The notes under the pieces are model-generated. The model was not told the origin of the DNA and made no database searches. It saw only the letters and a program-made list of their open reading frames with translations. The position numbers and the translations under genes are program-made. From Candidatus Woesearchaeota archaeon (lineage in GTDB: Archaea > Nanobdellota > Nanobdellia > Pacearchaeales > GW2011-AR1), in NCBI GenBank assembly GCA_964502865.1, contig CAZCXX010000002.1:1-35533 (forward strand): a stretch of DNA of 35,533 bases, in the 5' to 3' direction. Shown here in pieces: positions 32,735-35,533 of this stretch (its first letter is position 1; each line of letters opens with the position of its first letter).

Positions 32735-32961
32735 AAAAATTCATTCTCAAACGCTTCTTTGTCAATTCCAAGTTGTCTTAAAACATTTCCATAAATCCAA
32801 ACAGCGATCTCTTCACGATGCGTTGGAACATTCGTTGACTTGTTATTCTTTGGATTTTCAAGAATAACACCATGAGAGGTATTCCTCTTTTCGATGCAAC
32901 CATATTTTTTGAGTGCTTGTAAGAAATTCCGCACTTTTAAATTTCTCCGATTCATGCTCAC
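32731..32961 (-). CDS. hicA: HicA-like mRNA interferase toxin
   Basis: The 76-aa protein has LKVRNFLQALKKYGC....TSHGVILENP....TNVPTHREEIAVWIYGNVLRQLGIDKEAF, fitting the HicA pattern (SH...vP.H..ei....l..il.qlgi). Confidence 0.7.
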   Translation of the reverse strand: MSMNRRNLKVRNFLQALKKYGCIEKRNTSHGVILENPKNNKSTNVPTHREEIAVWIYGNVLRQLGIDKEAFENEFF

Positions 32962-33027
32962 CTCTTTCCGAAGAAGAGGCAGAGCTATTTAATTCCTCTG
33001 TTTACTACGAAGATTTTTACCTATTCT

Positions 33028-33441
33028 TCACTTTGATTGTTTATGGCTTTCCAAATAGTCTATGAATCCATTTACAAAAGTTACCTCATTCCGGTAGCTT
33101 CCGAGTTTGCATCTTGGTCCTTGAACTGGGTTTCTAGATGTTGAGTAAAAAATAGGCATAAGTAGATAAGACCCTATACTTCTAAGACCAGAAGATTCTC
33201 TTCTGTCTATGGTGCCAATCTCATCCCCTTCATTAAACTTAAATTGCTTTAGTACTAACTCTGCTAGGTTTTTACCTATATTTTGGTTTTCTGGATTGTT
33301 ACCTAGGCTACCACGTTCCATTACTTCTGTAAGTGGTTCCTTTTCTCTTTTAGAGCAATCATAAACTGAACACCCGACAAAACTTCGAGGCTCAAACATA
33401 ATCTCTTGGTATTCACTCCATATTTCAAATCTCTTTTTCAT
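33028..33441 (-). CDS. Hypothetical protein
   Basis: A 137-aa ORF in the AT-rich accessory segment with no recognisable motif. Confidence 0.45.
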   Translation of the reverse strand: MKKRFEIWSEYQEIMFEPRSFVGCSVYDCSKREKEPLTEVMERGSLGNNPENQNIGKNLAELVLKQFKFNEGDEIGTIDRRESSGLRSIGSYLLMPIFYSTSRNPVQGPRCKLGSYRNEVTFVNGFIDYLESHKQSK

Positions 33442-33595
33442 CTCTTTCCTCCCTTTGTGTCCCTTTCAGGCTGCTTCATTGCGTCGTGCTCCATACACTC
33501 GGAATATGAAGAAAAGAGATAAATCTCTGTTGATGAAGTTTCTACAACATATCCTAAGCGAAAGATTTAAATATATATAATTCTGGTTATATAAC

Positions 33596-34852
33596 ATGGA
33601 TTATATAATAGAAAGGCGAGATACTGCCTCCATTACTCAAGAAAGACAATGGCTGCTACTTTATGGCAGAAGAAAAGTTGGCAAGACCTTCCTTTTGAGA
33701 AACCTTTGTACTTTCAAGAAATACTATACAGTTAAAAAAGACCTTGGTATTATTGCTCATGATATAACCATCTCCCTTGATGATATGATGCGTGAAGTAA
33801 AAAAACTGCTTCATGATGGACAGACTGTGGTTATTGATGAATTTCAAAGGCTTCCTGAGAGCGTTCTTGAAGAGCTCACAGTCGTACATCCCCATGGTAA
33901 GCTCATATTATCAGGCTCAAGCTTGAGAATTCTTAAAAAGATTTTTGAGCCGCAATCTCCTCTCCTCGGCTTTTTAAATCCAGTAAAGATGGGTTTTATA
34001 AGCCCCTCTGATATTCTGATAGGGTTACATGCTCATGTGAAAAGTGAACTTCTCGTGGAACTTTCAACGTTCCTCAGGGAACCCTGGCTCATACCCTCTT
34101 ACGATGAAAAACCACTCATAGATTTTATCTATAAGCTTATTACGCAATCAAAACAGACGCTCACTGCGCTAGTTGGAGAAATCTTTGGCGAGGAGGAAAG
34201 AGAGCTCACGGGCAAATACTCTGCAATCATTGGGCTCATTGGCTCTGGCATATGGAATACTACGGAATTGACTTCGATTCTGTACTCAAGAAAACTTATT
34301 CCTGAACCCAGCCCCACGCATCTTGCTCAATACCTCAAGAATCTCGAAGAAATGGAAATTGTAGAAAGCATAAAAATGTATTCCTCTAAGAGAAAATATT
34401 ATCGGCTTGCTTCTCCTCTGATGAATGTATATTATTACTTAGAGAGCAGATATAATATTAATGACCGACAGATATCTTTAGAAGAAATTCGCCCAACGCT
34501 CCAAAAATCTATTAACTTTGAGATACAAAATTTCATTGCAGACTTATTTTCAGAAATTTACTCTGGAAGAAAAGAATATTTTATCTCGCCTGATAAAGAA
34601 ATTGATTTCATTATCACTGTAAGAAACAAGCCATCAATAATAGGGGAAGTAAAGTGGAAAGCATTAGAAAAAGAAGATATACGTAAATTTTTCCGTAATT
34701 CAGAAAAAATTTTTGGCAGGAAAATTATCTTCTGCAAAAGCAGCAAGTTTACCGAAGAAGATGTAGAAATTATGAATGTCGACACACTCTTGCCACTTAT
34801 AAAGGAAAAAAGAAAGATGCGTATCGAAGAATCTGCCAGGGGGTTCTCTTAA
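33596..34852 (+). CDS. Archaeal ATPase (Arch_ATPase + DUF234-type C-terminal PD-(D/E)xK-like domain)
   Basis: Walker A LLYGRRKVGKTFL, Walker B VVIDEFQRL, and a C-terminal EIDFIITVRNKPSIIGEVKWK that is nuclease-like (D...E.K). Confidence 0.75.
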   Translation: MDYIIERRDTASITQERQWLLLYGRRKVGKTFLLRNLCTFKKYYTVKKDLGIIAHDITISLDDMMREVKKLLHDGQTVVIDEFQRLPESVLEELTVVHPHGKLILSGSSLRILKKIFEPQSPLLGFLNPVKMGFISPSDILIGLHAHVKSELLVELSTFLREPWLIPSYDEKPLIDFIYKLITQSKQTLTALVGEIFGEEERELTGKYSAIIGLIGSGIWNTTELTSILYSRKLIPEPSPTHLAQYLKNLEEMEIVESIKMYSSKRKYYRLASPLMNVYYYLESRYNINDRQISLEEIRPTLQKSINFEIQNFIADLFSEIYSGRKEYFISPDKEIDFIITVRNKPSIIGEVKWKALEKEDIRKFFRNSEKIFGRKIIFCKSSKFTEEDVEIMNVDTLLPLIKEKRKMRIEESARGFS

Positions 34853-34853
34853 T

Positions 34854-35222
34854 ATGGGATGGTATGGAGTATTCTTAGTGCCAAAAGCAAAAATGATATT
34901 CTCTCTAAGAAGCGTAGATGAGGGGACACTTGATGATGCTTTTGAATCCCTGGAAAGGTTCTTTGGTAAGTATGATAAGATGAAAGAAGACATCTATGAA
35001 ATCACCTCCACTGCTGAAGAAAGCAAAACATTTTCAGCTAAAATAACTGCAAAGATGTTTGGTATCGTAGATGAGATTGGCGGGCTTCCCGAATTGCATC
35101 CTTCAGTTTTCTTACTTTACTTCTTACATAAACATGGATTTGAGATAAAGTATCATCACGAAAATGATATCAATACTGAGGATCTTGAAAAGAAAGGCTG
35201 GCAATTGGTAGAATATACTTGA
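34854..35222 (+). CDS. Hypothetical protein
   Basis: The 122-aa ORF starts 1 nt after the ATPase stop, implying an operon. No recognisable motif. Confidence 0.45.
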   Translation: MGWYGVFLVPKAKMIFSLRSVDEGTLDDAFESLERFFGKYDKMKEDIYEITSTAEESKTFSAKITAKMFGIVDEIGGLPELHPSVFLLYFLHKHGFEIKYHHENDINTEDLEKKGWQLVEYT

Positions 35223-35316
35223 ACAGCCAGCGATTATAGCATTGAACTTCTCTTCTCTTTCCACTAGAAGCAACAGTTAATGCCCTGACGGGCAGCTCCG
35301 CTCTACATATAGCTAA

Positions 35317-35414
35317 TTTGGCGGAGTACTCCGCCAAACATCGAGAATCCTGTGTTTTTGATTCTCGAGTGTGCTCAAGAATCTCAAAATAGACGAGAAG
35401 ATTCTTGACATTAG
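35317..35414 (+). repeat. Hairpin modules including family C (TCGAGAAT..ATTCTCGA-N6-TCAAGAAT..ATTCTTGA-CATTAG)
   Basis: TTTGGCGGAG-TA-CTCCGCCAAA (35317-35338); TCGAGAAT[12]ATTCTCGA (35341-35368); TCAAGAAT[18]ATTCTTGA (35375-35408); CATTAG. The same two-stem module sits nested inside repeat A1 at 9806-9861. Confidence 0.8.
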
Positions 35415-35533
35415 GAATAATGAAAAAGTGGTTATACTTTATATACAAAAATTTATCCATAGTCGAGTGGAGATAGAAATCACCACAGTGTTTTCCCATT
35501 TCTCTTGATTTCAGCTATCAGAGGGTCTGCTTT

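Noticed and set aside
35170-35499. ORF 35170..35499 (-), 109 aa
   Set aside because: It reads straight through the hairpin modules (35317-35414) and overlaps the end of 34854..35222, so it is most likely non-coding repeat DNA.

Overview
The window looks like a gene-dense archaeal chromosome segment, probably from an uncultivated small-genome (DPANN-like) lineage; that lineage call is a guess. Archaeal evidence: eukaryote/archaea-type PheRS alpha and beta, an Rpp30-like RNase P protein, archaeal-type UMP kinase, Ogg2-type glycosylase, an Fcf1-like PIN, TrmB, uS10, two tRNA genes with bulge-helix-bulge introns, and TATA-like boxes about 22-28 nt upstream of most start codons and tRNA 5' ends. 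I call five tRNA genes: Glu(CUC) with a 147-nt intron, Gln(CUG), Thr(GGU), Trp(CCA) with a 13-nt intron, and Ser(GGA). I also call about 45 CDSs. Housekeeping genes are pheS-pheT, pyrH-rnp3, serS, rps10 and a DNPH1-like/Nudix/thyA/tmk deoxynucleotide cluster. Visibly AT-richer accessory DNA sits at both ends: a tyrosine integrase abutting tRNA-Glu on the left, and GIY-YIG, TrmB, AAA_28 ATPase, HicA/HicB and a DUF234 ATPase after tRNA-Ser on the right. Two things stand out. (1) A clear PafA/Dop (Pup-ligase) family protein is encoded in this archaeal context, in an apparent operon with a PIN-like nuclease and with no Pup, Mpa or proteasome gene in view. (2) Nearly every larger intergenic region is built from co-oriented, modular hairpin repeats whose stems start TAG and end CTA and whose junctions read CTATAG. 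These repeats show nested insertions and compensatory stem substitutions, donate stop codons and C-terminal residues to three genes, flank a small membrane-protein gene as about 210-bp degenerate inverted arms, and apparently make up the oversized tRNA-Glu intron. No CRISPR array or rRNA gene was seen. All family calls come from reading motifs by eye, with no database search.
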